Numbered from the stretch's first letter, positions 1 through 13,283 are shown. The stretch is 32,000 nt of DNA from Zygophlyctis sp. KS116 (GCA_054661495.1 BAAFSQ010000071.1:11370-43369); one strand, 5' to 3'. Program-made: numbers and translations. Notes: a model not told the origin generated them from the letters alone.

Positions 1-409
1 GTTAAAATATTTACTTCTTTAAAAAACTTGGAAAAGAAAAGGTTGGCACAAGGTGGACGAATGGCTACAGAAATTGAACCTTCAATCACTGACGAATCAA
101 TTTTGAATCAAGCAAATGGTAAAATAATGTCTTTAATTATAGATCCCTCTACAATACAGTCATTGATGTCCAAGGTTAATTCAGCTCTAACACTTACAGC
201 TGCATATAGATCAACAATGCAGGAAGAATGGACAACTAGAGAAAATTTAATGTTTGAATTAAGAAAAGTTGTCAAGGAATTGGAAACTTCTCAAGCCCAA
301 TTAAATGGATTAAAAGCTGTACTAAAGATTTATCTAAATTTTATAGAATATTGAAATGATTGAAAACGAATTCTTATCTACAAAGAGAAAATTAGGAGAA
401 AAATCTTAA
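1..409 (+). CDS. 3' part of a coiled-coil protein of unknown function (5'-partial)
   Basis: ORF 28-354 is helical/coiled-coil-like. A 28-nt GT-AG intron (319-346) joins it to a final exon NIEMIENEFLSTKRKLGEKS* ending at TAA 407-409. Confidence 0.6.
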
Positions 410-437
410 TGTTTTTTTATTTTTTGAACAAGACCAG

Positions 438-1356
<919 letters not shown>

Positions 1357-1421
1357 TTTATCACCGACCTCTGTCCCACCCCTGTGTATGTCATCCGGTC
1401 ATTAGACGATTACTACCAACC

Positions 1422-1488
1422 ATGATGAATGATGCATTACCGGCCATGATGAGCTATAGATGATGAATGCATGATAGATGAATGATCC
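1422..1488. repeat. Low-complexity GATGA/ATGAATGA-type degenerate repeat in the ERV29-HAUS6 divergent intergenic region
   Basis: catgatgaatgatgc...catgatgagc...gatgatgaatgcatgatagatgaatgatcc is seen directly. Confidence 0.5.
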
Positions 1489-1556
1489 AAAAGCATTCGT
1501 CGGTCTTGACAATCTACAGATCTGTCCGATCGGACTTTGTTTTCTAATTTTCTGAA

Positions 1557-3115
1557 ATGTCAATGACATTATTAAAACTACTGGAATTCAAGTCTTTAAA
1601 AACTCAAAGAAATAATCATGCTAAGCCTTTGGATGAGATTATGTACTTTTTGCTTTCTAGAATTGATCCAATTGGAATAAAGGTAATTTACTAATTCTAT
1701 AAAGTATAGGAGACTCATTTTTGTTGGCCGATTTATGATGCAAAACAGTCGCAGGAATTTAAGTCTGTATGTTTAAAACTACTAGACAAACTACACGCAC
1801 AAGGCAAAATTAAGACTCAATTCAAGAAATTCAATTATGATATAACCAAATGTGAAAATAATATTATTGAACTATGTTTATGTTTGATAAAGTCTAGAAT
1901 CAAGCAGGATAATAATATGACGGTAATTTAACAATTTTAAATTTCTCAAGGTTGATGAATTAAAGCAGTCTGTTCACAAGACGATTGAGACTAGATCATG
2001 TCTAGAAAGTAAAGTGAATCAACAGACCGAATTGCTTAATCTTGAAATTCAAAAATTAGATCAAAAATTGGTAAGTGTTTCTATTTTATGGTTAGAAATC
2101 AGTGCAGGAAGATGTAAATCTTGAAAATGAGAAAAGAATTGCTCTTCAAAATCAAAAGGAGCATTTGTCTACAAAACTAAAAGGAGAATTGGAAATGTTG
2201 GAATGTTGTATTGCAAGGATGAATAAAGGTAATTTCATAAAAATATTAATAAATAGCAAATGGTCATTTAGTTCATTTACTTGATGATAAAAATATTCTA
2301 GGGAGGATGGATCTTGTATTTTCTGAAGGGAAGACTGCAGCAGATTTTCAAAAATATATGGAAAAGGTAATTATCAAGTACGAATAAGCTTAGGAATCCA
2401 TGGAACCTTTTAAAGATGGAAAACTAGATCTTGTGGTATTTTTAAAGTTATACAAGTTGCTTTTAATGGAAATGATTGAAGATGCAAAGTCTGCAGAGAC
2501 AGAAACAAGTCTGGGAGTTGAAAGTAACTCAAAAAATTATTTTAAATTTTGTAGGATTACCAGATGCTCTATTCAAGTTGAAAAATCTATCAGAATTAAT
2601 TCAGTCATCTAATTTAGATTTAAGTAATAGTATTTCAAGAGAAAACAAAATTATGGAAAGGTTTAAAAGGTATTTTATTTACAATTTAAGTTTTCAGTCT
2701 CTTGAATGATTCTGAGACCGAAAAGAGCGTCACAAGGTATTTCTATTGAATTCATTATAGGTCATTTTTAATGAGTTCTCGTATTTCTATCTTTGATGAA
2801 CATATTGAACCTCTGGAATTGAAAGACAGTCATCAGTTAAATTCTCATCTTATTGAATCTTTAAACTCTTCGATCGAGTCAATGATTAAAGAAAAAAAGG
2901 AAAACATTCTTCCAGCAAAAAAATCGGATATTTTTAAGAAATGTATTCATTTTAGATTAGAATTGATTTTTGTAGTGGCACGCAGCATTTTGTCGAGTAG
3001 AAAGAAAAACGATATGGAGACTGATAACATTTTTGGTATTATTATCGTCAATTTAATGCTAGATGAAAATTGTCCGTCTTTTATAATGAATGACGATGAT
3101 ACTTTAATCTTGTAA
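1557..3115 (+). CDS. HAUS6: HAUS6/Dgt6 augmin-complex subunit-like, multi-exon
   Basis: After removing intron 1683-1709 the N-terminus reads IMYFLLSRIDPIGIKETHFCWPIYDAKQSQEFKSVCLKLLDKL, resembling the HAUS6_N 'YFLF..LD....FCWP..D.K....FRK.C' motif. Downstream coiled-coil exons are joined by mini-introns. Internal exon boundaries and the 3' end are approximate. Confidence 0.7.
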
Positions 3116-4120
3116 ATATTCGCTTTGTAAGGTTTTTGTAACACATTTCTTAAGCTGAAGGCAGCAATTACTTGAAAGAATATTTTGTAGTGATCTTACT
3201 ATATCTGCTCTTTTATATGATTTCCGTGCATTGGATTGTAAGGCGCATTGCTTTGTTAAAAGTGGTAATAGAGATATCAATCCTTGCAGAAAATCTTCTT
3301 TATCTAAATCTGTACTGTCTATTTCACGTATTGTAACGTCCAATAATACAATTACATCATTTGTATAAAAGAATTCTTGATCTTTACAATCTTCCAAGAT
3401 TCTTCTTGTAAATTGTACCAATTGTCGCTTTAAGGAAAAATCCATCGATCTATTCATTAAAAATATAATATTTTCTGATAGAGTCTTTGTGGACTTTCTT
3501 CTTGATATCATTATAAGATTGATCTTGTTGCGCAAACTAGGCACAGAAGTGCATTTGCTATCGAATTGATCTTGGATATTTAACTTGGATTAATAAATAA
3601 TGATCTTTACTAGAAGCTTGAGTAGTTCATAACTGTAATCATCATTGTCACGCTCCAATTCAATTTCGTCCAATAGCTTGGTAAGGAATGAATCATCAAA
3701 TTCTTGAACTTCATTAATAGACAACTGCTGAACTTTAAGAATTTCATTCATGAGCAATGTATTCGTCCGCTTTCCTGAACGACTGCCGTCGAGGAAAAAT
3801 TGAATGCAGTCACTGATGCACAGATTTTTGAATAGATTGTTAAAATAACTGCGTCCGATTTTCAGATATAATAGAAAAATAATTTCTTTCAATGATGCAC
3901 TATTAATGCATTGAAGTTTTTCGACAAAATCATACATGGTGTCATCATCAAGTCCGGTTAAGAAATAATTGACTAACTTATCCATGTTAAAATCACTTTC
4001 CAGCAGAATGCTCAAGCTCCTTGCTGTGTCTTCATTTACTTTAGACAATGCATTCTCTTGGAATTTAATTGAACTAAAAATACCAACAATTGTGCTTTCT
4101 GAATCAGATAATAACTCCAT
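3104..4120 (-). CDS. LDB17: SPIN90/Ldb17/Dip1 (DUF2013) Arp2/3-activator family protein
   Basis: ORFs 3590-4120 and 3104-3544 join in frame through intron 3584-3610. The signature FFYTNDVIVLLDVTIRE and the preceding LSENIIFLMNR match the SPIN90/Ldb17 leucine-rich domain. Confidence 0.8.
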
Positions 4121-4641
4121 ACTAGACTTTTGTGTGGATTATAACCGAGACGTGTTATAACTGCCGACCAATTCATGATTTTCGTCCGATTCAATAAATA
4201 TTAGCACTGAAGAGGAGAAACTTGATTCTAAACATCTCTTCTCGGACACAGATTCTTATGCAGAGAAGACAATTTCTCAATATCAATTTGATCTGGGTTG
4301 GATGTATAGACTATCGATTTTTTAAAAAGATAAATTGCACATTATATTATTTTGTGTCGGTTAGAGATGCATCAAAAATCTTTACAACCAGGAGCAGCAA
4401 CTGAAAAACATTCTAGCAGAAAAAGGTAAGTAGATGTAATCTGTATAGGTAGGGATCGTAGATGCAGAGTTATTATCTGCAGCCGGGGAACCCATATACA
4501 TAACTTATCGGAGATTGCAATCAGACAATTATCATTAACTACATCTGTTTAGTTGAAGAGATGGTTGTCATTTGCGATGGCGTTACTCTTATTTTTAGTT
4601 TATAGATTCGTACCTCAAATACCAAGTTCAAAATTAAAATA

Positions 4642-5678
4642 CTATCCTATTTTCTGCTTTATGATTTTTGGTGTAGAGTCATTATTAAAATTCGGCGAGG
4701 AATACTTTAGAGTATTTAATATTCTACTTGAGAATTCTTGATCAAGACCAATATTAAATAGCAGATCAACTACTGATTTCATCTATTTTTAAAAAAAATA
4801 AAACTTACATCAATCTTGCTAGTTTTTGCAAAAACACCATTTGGATCAATGTGATCATATATAATACAACAAATTGTCATTATTTTACATTTACTATGGA
4901 TATTAATCTGATTCTGATCAGTGTTTTTGTGTTTAGATAAAATTAAGTAACAGGCTGCAGCAATCGTAAAGAATACTTGTAGAATGCTAGATGCTTTAAT
5001 TTCTACCTTTATATAAACTTTTTAAAAATTACTTTTTGAATTCCATTTTTTAAGTTTGAGATGATTTTGACAGTCATTGGATTCATTTGAGCGAGAAATA
5101 ATGAAATATAATTGGTTTCTTCGTCTGGTATAATGATTATATCTGGCTATTGTTTTTAGATTTCAATACTTACAGACTTGGATTCCTTGATTTTTGATAA
5201 TGATCTTCTATAATAACTGAAATCATTCTGCAATGCTGGATTAGATAATTTTAACCAATCAAATTCAGCATAAAATTCCAAGAGCGCTGAAAGTCTCTCT
5301 AGATCTAGTCTGTGAGATTCTATTTTTGATTGAAAATCGTCTGCTGATAATCTCTTGATAATTTGATAAAAGCTAGTGTCTAATTTTTTAAAATATTATA
5401 ATACCTATTTCACATGAAATTTGATAATATTTTCGAATGTCCAGAATACAAGGATTAAGCTTTTTACAAACCGCTGCATCATTTACGGAACTCGGATTAG
5501 AAATCGCTTCTTTGATATAAGTAGCGCAACCGGTGTAATTCCTTTGCGAGTTTAAAATTTCAACGAGGTGAGCTGGAATATCTATGGGTGGTAAAAGATC
5601 AATATCAATAGATTCTATCTCTTTCCATGATGTAGTATCGGTATAGATTGATTTGAAGAATGAGAAGATATTTCCCAT
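4642..5678 (-). CDS. FAM49: CYRI/FAM49 (DUF1394) Rac-interacting protein
   Basis: Starts MGN (myristoylation-type start). Motifs IKEAISNP, FDWLKLSNPALQNDFSYYRRSLSK, IIYDHIDPNGVFAKTSKID and ILNTLKYSSPNFNNDSTPK are spread across mini-intron-separated exons. Stop TAG at 4642-4644. Confidence 0.88.
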
Positions 5679-5702
5679 TTGTTGCGAGCGTCAGTCACGA
5701 AA

Positions 5703-5722
5703 ACGCCAACGCCAAACGCGCG
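5703..5722. promoter_or_regulatory. ACGCCA-repeat GC island immediately upstream of the FAM49 start
   Basis: acgccaacgccaaacgcgcg lies in a ~58-nt intergenic gap. The same motif recurs at other gene starts. Confidence 0.5.
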
Positions 5723-5736
5723 TCCCTTGCAAAAAA

Positions 5737-7167
5737 TTATGAGACATGTTCTTCAGGCTGCCTTTTTTCCTGATCATATTCTGAGAGAAAGTTTATTACT
5801 TTTTTCCTCTTGAATTTTTTGGCAATTTTCATGGCAGTTGTAATATTTTTGGAGAAATCCATTTTGTAATTTACCAGCAAGAATTTTAGAGCAACCAGTC
5901 TACCAAATTTCACAGCATCAAATATTGAGTTTAGTGTTATTTTCATTCTAGTATCTTGTAAAAGTCTCTTTAAAAGTCTTAAATCCCCGTTCTTACTAGC
6001 AATCACCAATGGGTTATAATCTGCTAGTTGAGGATCAATACTAGTTTCATTCAGCAAGAAATCAACCACTTGTATTTGCCCTTCTTCACAAGCAAACTTT
6101 AGTCCCTGATTCAACTCTACTGCTAGATCCTTTGCAGTACGCCCCTTTATATATCTAGAATCCTCGAAGAGCCTCTTTGCCATTTTTACATTCCCAATTT
6201 TACAAGCAGCACCGAATGCTTTATCTCGTGTCATTTCTGGATCTACACTTGTATTTTTCAATAAAATATCGACAATTTCAAAATAGTTTAGGCTAGACGC
6301 TGTTGTTAAAGAACTATTCAACTCTTTTTGACTATGCATTCTTGGATCTTGTAGTAGAAATTGAACCAATGCTAAATTATTATTACTGCAAGCGTATTTT
6401 AGTATCCCTTTTGGAGAAACTCTAAAATCTTTAAGTAATATTTTAACAATTTCCCCATGATTATTCTGACAAGCCGCCTTGATTGCATAATTATCCAAAT
6501 CAGAAGGATTTATCCTAGAATCTTTAATAAGAATTTTGACAATTTCATAATGACCATTTTCAGCAGCTAGCCTAAATCCCTTATTTGATTGAGATCCAGG
6601 ATCAACTCTAGAATCTCTTAATAAATCCTCAACCCGACTTTTAAACCCATATTGACAAGTCTTGTGAAAAGATTCATCATTTACAAATTCATTAATGACT
6701 CTATCGTCTTCCAGTAATAATTTCTTAATTTGAGAAATCCTTGCATTATAAATTGCCTGATCTTGTAATGCCTGAGGATTAACAAAAGGATTCTTTAATA
6801 GCAATTTCACCAATTCAGGGCTATTATATCTAACAGCTGTCCGAATTGCAAGATCATAACCATAAGATGCGTCAACCTGATTAAAATTCCCATGTTTGAC
6901 TGTCAACCAAAGTAATTTTAGATTTTTTTCATGTAATGAAATTCGAAGTGATTTAGCAATTTTGTCAGTTGATATATTGAAGAAATCATTGCTCAGTAGT
7001 CTGATCAGGAGCCTCATATTCCTTTGACGCAATGCAACATCAAAGATTGCATCTGCATTCCTTATTTTTAAGATTCTATCGGTAATTATTCTTTCCGGAC
7101 ATGCATTGACTGACGATCGGATTGAAGATTGATATATAGTTTGAGCAGATGCAGTGATGTTTTTCAT
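5737..7167 (-). CDS. Intronless ankyrin-repeat protein (476 aa)
   Basis: Repeated units such as FRLAAENGHYEIVKILIKDSRINPS, IKAACQNNHGEIVKILLKDFRVSP and LKFACEEGQIQVVDFLL. Confidence 0.9.
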   Translation of the reverse strand: MKNITASAQTIYQSSIRSSVNACPERIITDRILKIRNADAIFDVALRQRNMRLLIRLLSNDFFNISTDKIAKSLRISLHEKNLKLLWLTVKHGNFNQVDASYGYDLAIRTAVRYNSPELVKLLLKNPFVNPQALQDQAIYNARISQIKKLLLEDDRVINEFVNDESFHKTCQYGFKSRVEDLLRDSRVDPGSQSNKGFRLAAENGHYEIVKILIKDSRINPSDLDNYAIKAACQNNHGEIVKILLKDFRVSPKGILKYACSNNNLALVQFLLQDPRMHSQKELNSSLTTASSLNYFEIVDILLKNTSVDPEMTRDKAFGAACKIGNVKMAKRLFEDSRYIKGRTAKDLAVELNQGLKFACEEGQIQVVDFLLNETSIDPQLADYNPLVIASKNGDLRLLKRLLQDTRMKITLNSIFDAVKFGRLVALKFLLVNYKMDFSKNITTAMKIAKKFKRKKVINFLSEYDQEKRQPEEHVS

Positions 7168-7275
7168 GATTGCCCCTTGGTTAGTTCCTTACCAGCCGTT
7201 TGCCTCGGCCTTGATCGATGTTTGTGGCTTAATCGACTGCAGGCGCAAACTATTGACTTTTTGACTTGTTTTTTG

Positions 7276-7896
7276 ATGACGATAAGCCGATGCATGTAAG
7301 TATTATGATTTAATATCAGTAGTAATACAACACTTGCATTAAAACGGTTTTATTCTTTCAACAGGAATTCTAGCATGTACGACAGACTGGGAGTGTCTCA
7401 ACATGCATCGTTAAAGGAAATCAAATCTGCATATTATAGCAAGAGTTTACAATGTCATCCAGATAGAGGTGGTTCAACAGAGGAGTTTCAGTTGATAAAG
7501 GAGGCATATGAAATTCTATCAAGTCCGGATAAACGCTCAAGTTATAATGCTACCGGTAAGCATGATTTTACTGGATTTAATTCTGGAAATGATAATGAAT
7601 CAATGGATGCAACAATAGATGAATATTCTCCTGCTCTTGTAATTACGATTGGAATACTTTTAGCAACTGGAGCAGCAGTTGGAGTTGGAATTTATTATCA
7701 TACATTTATTGAAAAGTCTCCTAGTGAAATGGAGCAAGATTTAAATTATTACAAGAGTAGAGCATTTGTATTAGAGACTACGCCTCAAGATTTCTATAAA
7801 GTACATTATGGATCAGGTTGGAAATATAAAAAGAATCATATATCACAAGTTTCTAAAGAAAAGTTAAGTGAAGGGAATGATAAGCTGTACAAATGA
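7276..7896 (+). CDS. DnaJ-domain membrane protein, probably mitochondrial
   Basis: J domain with HPD motif (YDRLGV...IKSAYY...CHPDRGG...IKEAYEILS) and one hydrophobic TM segment. Exon 7276-7295 plus intron 7296-7322 adds an in-frame presequence-like MTISRCINTTLALKRFYSFNR. Confidence 0.85.
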
Positions 7897-9193
7897 AGTT
7901 GTAAATCATAGCTTAATACAATGAGTAATACACGGTTCAAACATGGGTCTTCTTGATCAAAAGAAGATTTAAATGAGATTCCAAGAATTGGGCAAACTGG
8001 TAAATCTAACCATGTTTCTAGTCTCATTCCATATTTTGGATTTTTAAAATCTGATGATCTAATCTTAGTAAAAAATAAACATACTTTACGATTCTAATAA
8101 TTCCTACAAGACCTACTTGAGATACAACAATTGCAATACTTAATTCTTTTATCCATTTTATAATTGAAAATCTATCAAGATCTCTATATCGATGATTATC
8201 TCTTTCTGATAATTCTTGAATACACGCTTCTACTCTTAGATTATGACCATATTGTTGTGATAGATAAAGACTTGTAACACTACTTGATAGTATTAAATCA
8301 TTAGATAAAAATTTAGAGTCTTGAATGCAATCATAATAATTTATAATTTCTAGAGATTCTTGAGCTGAATACCATGAGTCAATTGAATAATCAGTCATGG
8401 ATTCATCGTCTTCACTTAAAAGTCTAGAATCCATTGTTTCCTCGCAAGAATTTCTAATACCTTTGAAAAACTTTGAAAAGTCTTTGATCGGTTGCACATC
8501 TTCTATTCTTATAAATTGAGCAGTCCAATGCCATTCATTTGATATTATATCATTTGCAATCAAATCACCTGTATCGATATTCCATATACGACAGCTCCCA
8601 TCAATTGAACACGAAACTAGAAAATCACCATTAGAGCTGAAATCTATTCCTGGAATATTATGCTCATGACCTTTTAATACAAATGATTGAAGTGTAGCCA
8701 TATCATACACACGAATGATCCATTCATTTGATGAAACAGCAACTAATTTCTTTTTAGATGAAATAGCGATCCCCTATTTTATAAAATACTAGATTATTAC
8801 CCAAGAAGAAATTTGATTATCCATTACTACAGCAGGGCAAGAAGACGATAAATAATTAATGATTACTTCTCCAGCATCATTAACAGCAACGAGAATATCA
8901 TCATTTTCAAGATTGCCAATCTTGATTGCATTGATGGCAAAGTTCTAGAATTCATTTCAGTAAAAGATACTATTCCTAGCGGTTTAATGTGTTGAAATTG
9001 CAACTTTCTAATCAGCTGTCCAGTCCATAGATCAACTTGAATAATCTCATCATTGACAGCAGCAAAAAAGGAATCATCAAGCATCTCAATCAGATTAAGT
9101 CTCTGTAATTAAATACATTATCTAGATTACCCATGGAAAGCATCCCTCTAGCAGTGGGACTTTGTATGATTTCATGACTCGAACCTCAATCAT
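7836..9193 (-). CDS. CRT10-like WD40-repeat protein
   Basis: Spliced exons give WRLNL, INAIKIGNLENDDILVAVNDAG, SSWGIAIS...VAVSSN and LKGHEHNIPGIDFS...SCSIDGSCRIW, typical of CRT10-family WD proteins. The start is at 9193 or 9175. Confidence 0.7.
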
Positions 9194-9225
9194 TTCGCAA
9201 AACTTAAAGTTGAAATTTATAGATT

Positions 9226-12200
9226 TTAAGAGTTTTTTAACGGAGATAATGAAAATGATGGATCAGATTCATGCGATCTATGAATAAGATGTAAATGCTT
9301 ACCTATCAGACACAGATGAAAGAGATAAATCTTGTTCGGCGTGTACCATTGATCCTTTTTCGGATTTGGGAGATGTGGTATTTTCTTGTTTAGAGGCTTT
9401 TGTATTTGTTTTTGCTTTTCTAACCACCTCTTGCGCTCTGGAAATGGTTGCATCTATATCTTGAGAAAGTTCGCCCAGAGAATCAAGTGAAGAAATCTCT
9501 CCTAATGAAGTCTGATCATCTGTTTTTGTATGGATTATCATTGGTGGTATTAATTTAAATTCATTTGGGCCTTGGATCATGTTTCCTAGAGCGTGCCTTT
9601 GAATCATTCCAATGACTTCTCCTTCACTACTTGTCAATTTATATAATTTTTACCTATACAAGTTTGTAATTACTTCTCCGTCAGAGAGCATTGTTGATAA
9701 AATAGATGTTCCAACAGATGTCGAAGATTGGGACGATTTAGTTTTTGAAGATTTGTTACTTTTAGAGGAATTTGTCTCCTTAATATCACAATAATTGTTA
9801 ATCATACCTTTTCTAAAGATTTTTCTACCAACAAGGGCTCTTGCCCAATATGTATAAAAGATGATTTAGTTGGAGCTTCAAATGTCTTTTCTTCAACAAT
9901 GGAAACAATTGGTTTTCTTTCCACAACAATCTCTTGCTTTTTTAAATTGGATTCTAGTTCAATAGTATTGTTTTTAGATTTGATATTTTCATCCAATGAC
10001 AGACTGTTTTTATCGCTACTCAGGGCTTCATGTGTCATATCTGAGACGGATTCTTTTTGAATACTACTTGTGCCTTCAAAAGATAAATTAGGTATCACAC
10101 TCTGTATGGCTTGATCCTTGACTAAAACTTTGATGGGAGAACTGGTAATGGGGCTAGTTGATTCAAGTTTTTGCTGTAATATAACTAGTGCCTCTTCTTG
10201 CTGGCTTGAAATAAATACTGATTTATCATTTGAATTCTTTTGGGCTTCTCTAATTTCTTCTATTAGCTTTTGCCTTTCTAGGTTAAATTCCATCAGCATT
10301 TTTTGTCGCTCTAGTTGATCTTCCTTTCTTTGGGCCTCAATAGCCTCTAAGAATTGATTTCTACCCAGTGACTCTTGATTTAATTTGTTCCACAATCCCT
10401 CTTCGAACAACTCTGAATGAACATACTTACCAATTTTTCGACTTTCTTTACTAATAACCTCATCCAAGATGCATTCTGAAATTCCACGCGCAAAAGACAA
10501 AATGTTTTGTGTCATTTCTTGAGGGAAAGATTCAATGATATGCGCGGTCTGGACAATCTCGTCCTTTGTTGAGTTTGTTATAGCAATTTCATCCGCTTGC
10601 ACACCTGCTTCTGTCTTTACTACTATCTTAGATTCAAATTCATTTTTATGCGGAATGACTTCAGGCACGTTTTTAACTGATGGAAGCTGAGATACAGCCT
10701 CAAACTCATCAGCTTTTTTGATTTTAGTCTGCATTTTTTTGGATCTTTCATCCAATAACTTCAGCAAAATTTCATTTTGTATCCATTCAACCATTTTCTC
10801 CTCTAGTTCGGGATTACTTATATCATCAGAGCTAAAATTTTAAGTGAATTTTTGTATCTTACATATCAGCCTCTGTTGGCTCGACATAATCCAATTTTTT
10901 CTTCAAAATTGCTCGTGGTTGAGATTTCTGAATCGTCGTCTAATTTTCAAAATGCGATAATTACATATTGTTCATTAACAAAAACAGAGCTCTCATCTAA
11001 TATTTCTTTACTTTCCTCCAACTCAATTTTATTACTTAAAGTCTGAGTTTTGATGGTTTTTCGAGGCATTACTACTGTTAATCAGAATTGGAATTAAATA
11101 CCTGAAATATCTGAAGCTTCACTATCATACGGAGTCATTTGCGTTCCATGAGTTTTTTTAAGCGGGCCTGTCTGAACCGATTCATTGATAAGCTTGATTA
11201 TATTTTCTTCTATAATTTTCTGCTCTTCAGCCGTAGAATTGAACTGATTTTTAATAGGATTTGCTGGAGCATCTCTTTTCTGAACGAAAACTTCTTGTCT
11301 AACAGGGGATTGTCCACGGCTAGCTGGTGATCGACTGGAGCTTCGTTCTACTGGGCTAGGAGATCTCCTTGGACTTGGCGTCCTGTTAAGGAATTCTAAA
11401 GTTGGTGGTCTTAAAGTAGTCCTTCGCAAGAAGATAGGAGCGTTAGATAATCGAACTGTATAAAAAGGTGGAGGCCTCAGTGGAGATTTGGGCCTCATCG
11501 GTTCTGTAGCTCTTGATTCTGCTGGAGATGGTGCTCTTTTTTGAGTTGAATTGCTAAATGATTGTGCAGCATGTTTGTTTATCAATTTACTGGGTTTATC
11601 CACTGAATCCACTCTAACTGGCTCTTTGGATTGATTTTCGCTTTTCGAAAGATGGCTGTCGCCAATTATTTCTTCTCTTCCCAAAAGTGTACGTGTTACA
11701 GCCTTGTTTCGTTTTGGCAATAAATGCTGGCCTTTATGTAATTGACTGACATGAACGTTGGCTTCTGAAGGCGGTGGCTTAAATTTGTGTAAGTTCTCTG
11801 CGGTTTGATATGACTCATATTGCTACCATTAGTTTTGAGCCATAGTACCTTTTCAAACAATGCCTGTTCTATTTTTTGATCGACTATCGCTTTAATCCTA
11901 TCCAATTCCAGCAACTCATTACAAGGCTCCAGGGCTGATTTTTGCGAATTACTTAATAGCGTCACCATTGGACTACTATCCACATTTTCGATGCTTTGGT
12001 TAACGACTTGATTCCATTTCTTATGTAGATCATTTGCGGTTTTACCAAGTTGACTATAATCTAATGGACTTGCTAGATGCTTATTTGATTTCGATGTCGG
12101 ATTCTCCTTGATATTAAAGACAAAATATAAATTACCTTCTGCTTTGATTTTAAAGATTGTTTTTCATTGTTCGCAGCCTTTTGAAACGCCTGAGAGTGCT

Positions 12201-13283
12201 CCATTATGTCATCTAAAGGAGACCAATTGAGTGTTTTCTTCATTTCTTGTGCCCCTATTCTCCAATCCACAAACTTCTTATCAAAATTCTCATCATCATG
12301 ATGACTCTTGTCTGAAATATTGTGCGGCTTAGAGTATGCACCGATTTCTTCTTTGATTCCTTTAATTTCTTGCAAAAATGCTTGAAAATTGACATTTATA
12401 GACTCAAACTTTGAATCGATTAATTTAGCAACCTTGTCTTCGAGCATATTTGAGCGAAAAACTTTTAAATCTTTCACTATAACTTTAGGCACACTTTGAT
12501 CATCAGCATCCTTTATATTATCGATTGAAGAATCTCTAGAATCTGCAGATCTTTTATTTCTTTCAAATTTTGAGTTTATGTCCGGAACTACTGCGCCTTG
12601 AATAATTTGCTGCATTTTCTCAAGATAATCCATCTAAATATTAATTAAAAATTAAATACCTGGTGACTCATTTGCTCATTCTGAATTTCGTGAAGATTTT
12701 TGATTTGTTTGATTGCCTTGACTTTTAGATTTGACCAAAATACCTGAACATGGATAGAATCCACTTGATTATTTAAAAGAGCCTGCTGATCTTTAATTAT
12801 TTTTCCACTTATAGCTTGGACTCGAGATTGAAAATCTTCGACTGACGCTAACTGCTACGTTTTGAGATATCGAATGCTTACAGAATTCAGCATATAATTA
12901 GCGTCTGGTGAATTCATAGATTTAAGCGGAGATGTACCAGTTGATATTTTGACATTGAAATCCTTTGAGTATTTCGCATCACTTTGCTTTAGCGGTGCTT
13001 TGAATGCTTCGCCGAAAGTTTCGTCTCGAACTTGGCTTCTAAACTTTGTAATAGTAGAATCCAGAACAGATGATGCATCTCCTAGTTGATTCAAAGATGG
13101 TGGAATTATCGTTTGTATATTCTCTTGCTCCTGATCCTGGAATGGCGGGATGCGCGTTGGGACTTGCTGAATCTCTTCAGGAAGAAGAGTCATTGATTGG
13201 TTGAGAGACCTTGAAGCGGCTCTTTCAAGCAGGTTTTGGGCTTCCTGCAAACTCTTCTCGGCAGAATTGTCAACTGAAAACAT
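9226..13283 (-). CDS. Large multi-exon coiled-coil/low-complexity protein, TALPID3 (KIAA0586)-like centriolar protein
   Basis: The minus-strand ORFs from 13283 to 9226 chain through mini-introns. Motifs FLRRTTLRPP, LEEKMVEWIQNEILLKL and C-terminal LSDGEV/YSEGEV/SLGEIS resemble conserved TALPID3 blocks as I recall them. The single-gene model is well supported; the identity is tentative. Confidence 0.5.

Noticed and set aside
1557-13283. Fragmented ORFs suggesting pseudogenes, frameshifting or an alternative genetic code
   Set aside because: The breaks are explained by short GT-AG introns that restore conserved frames under the standard code.
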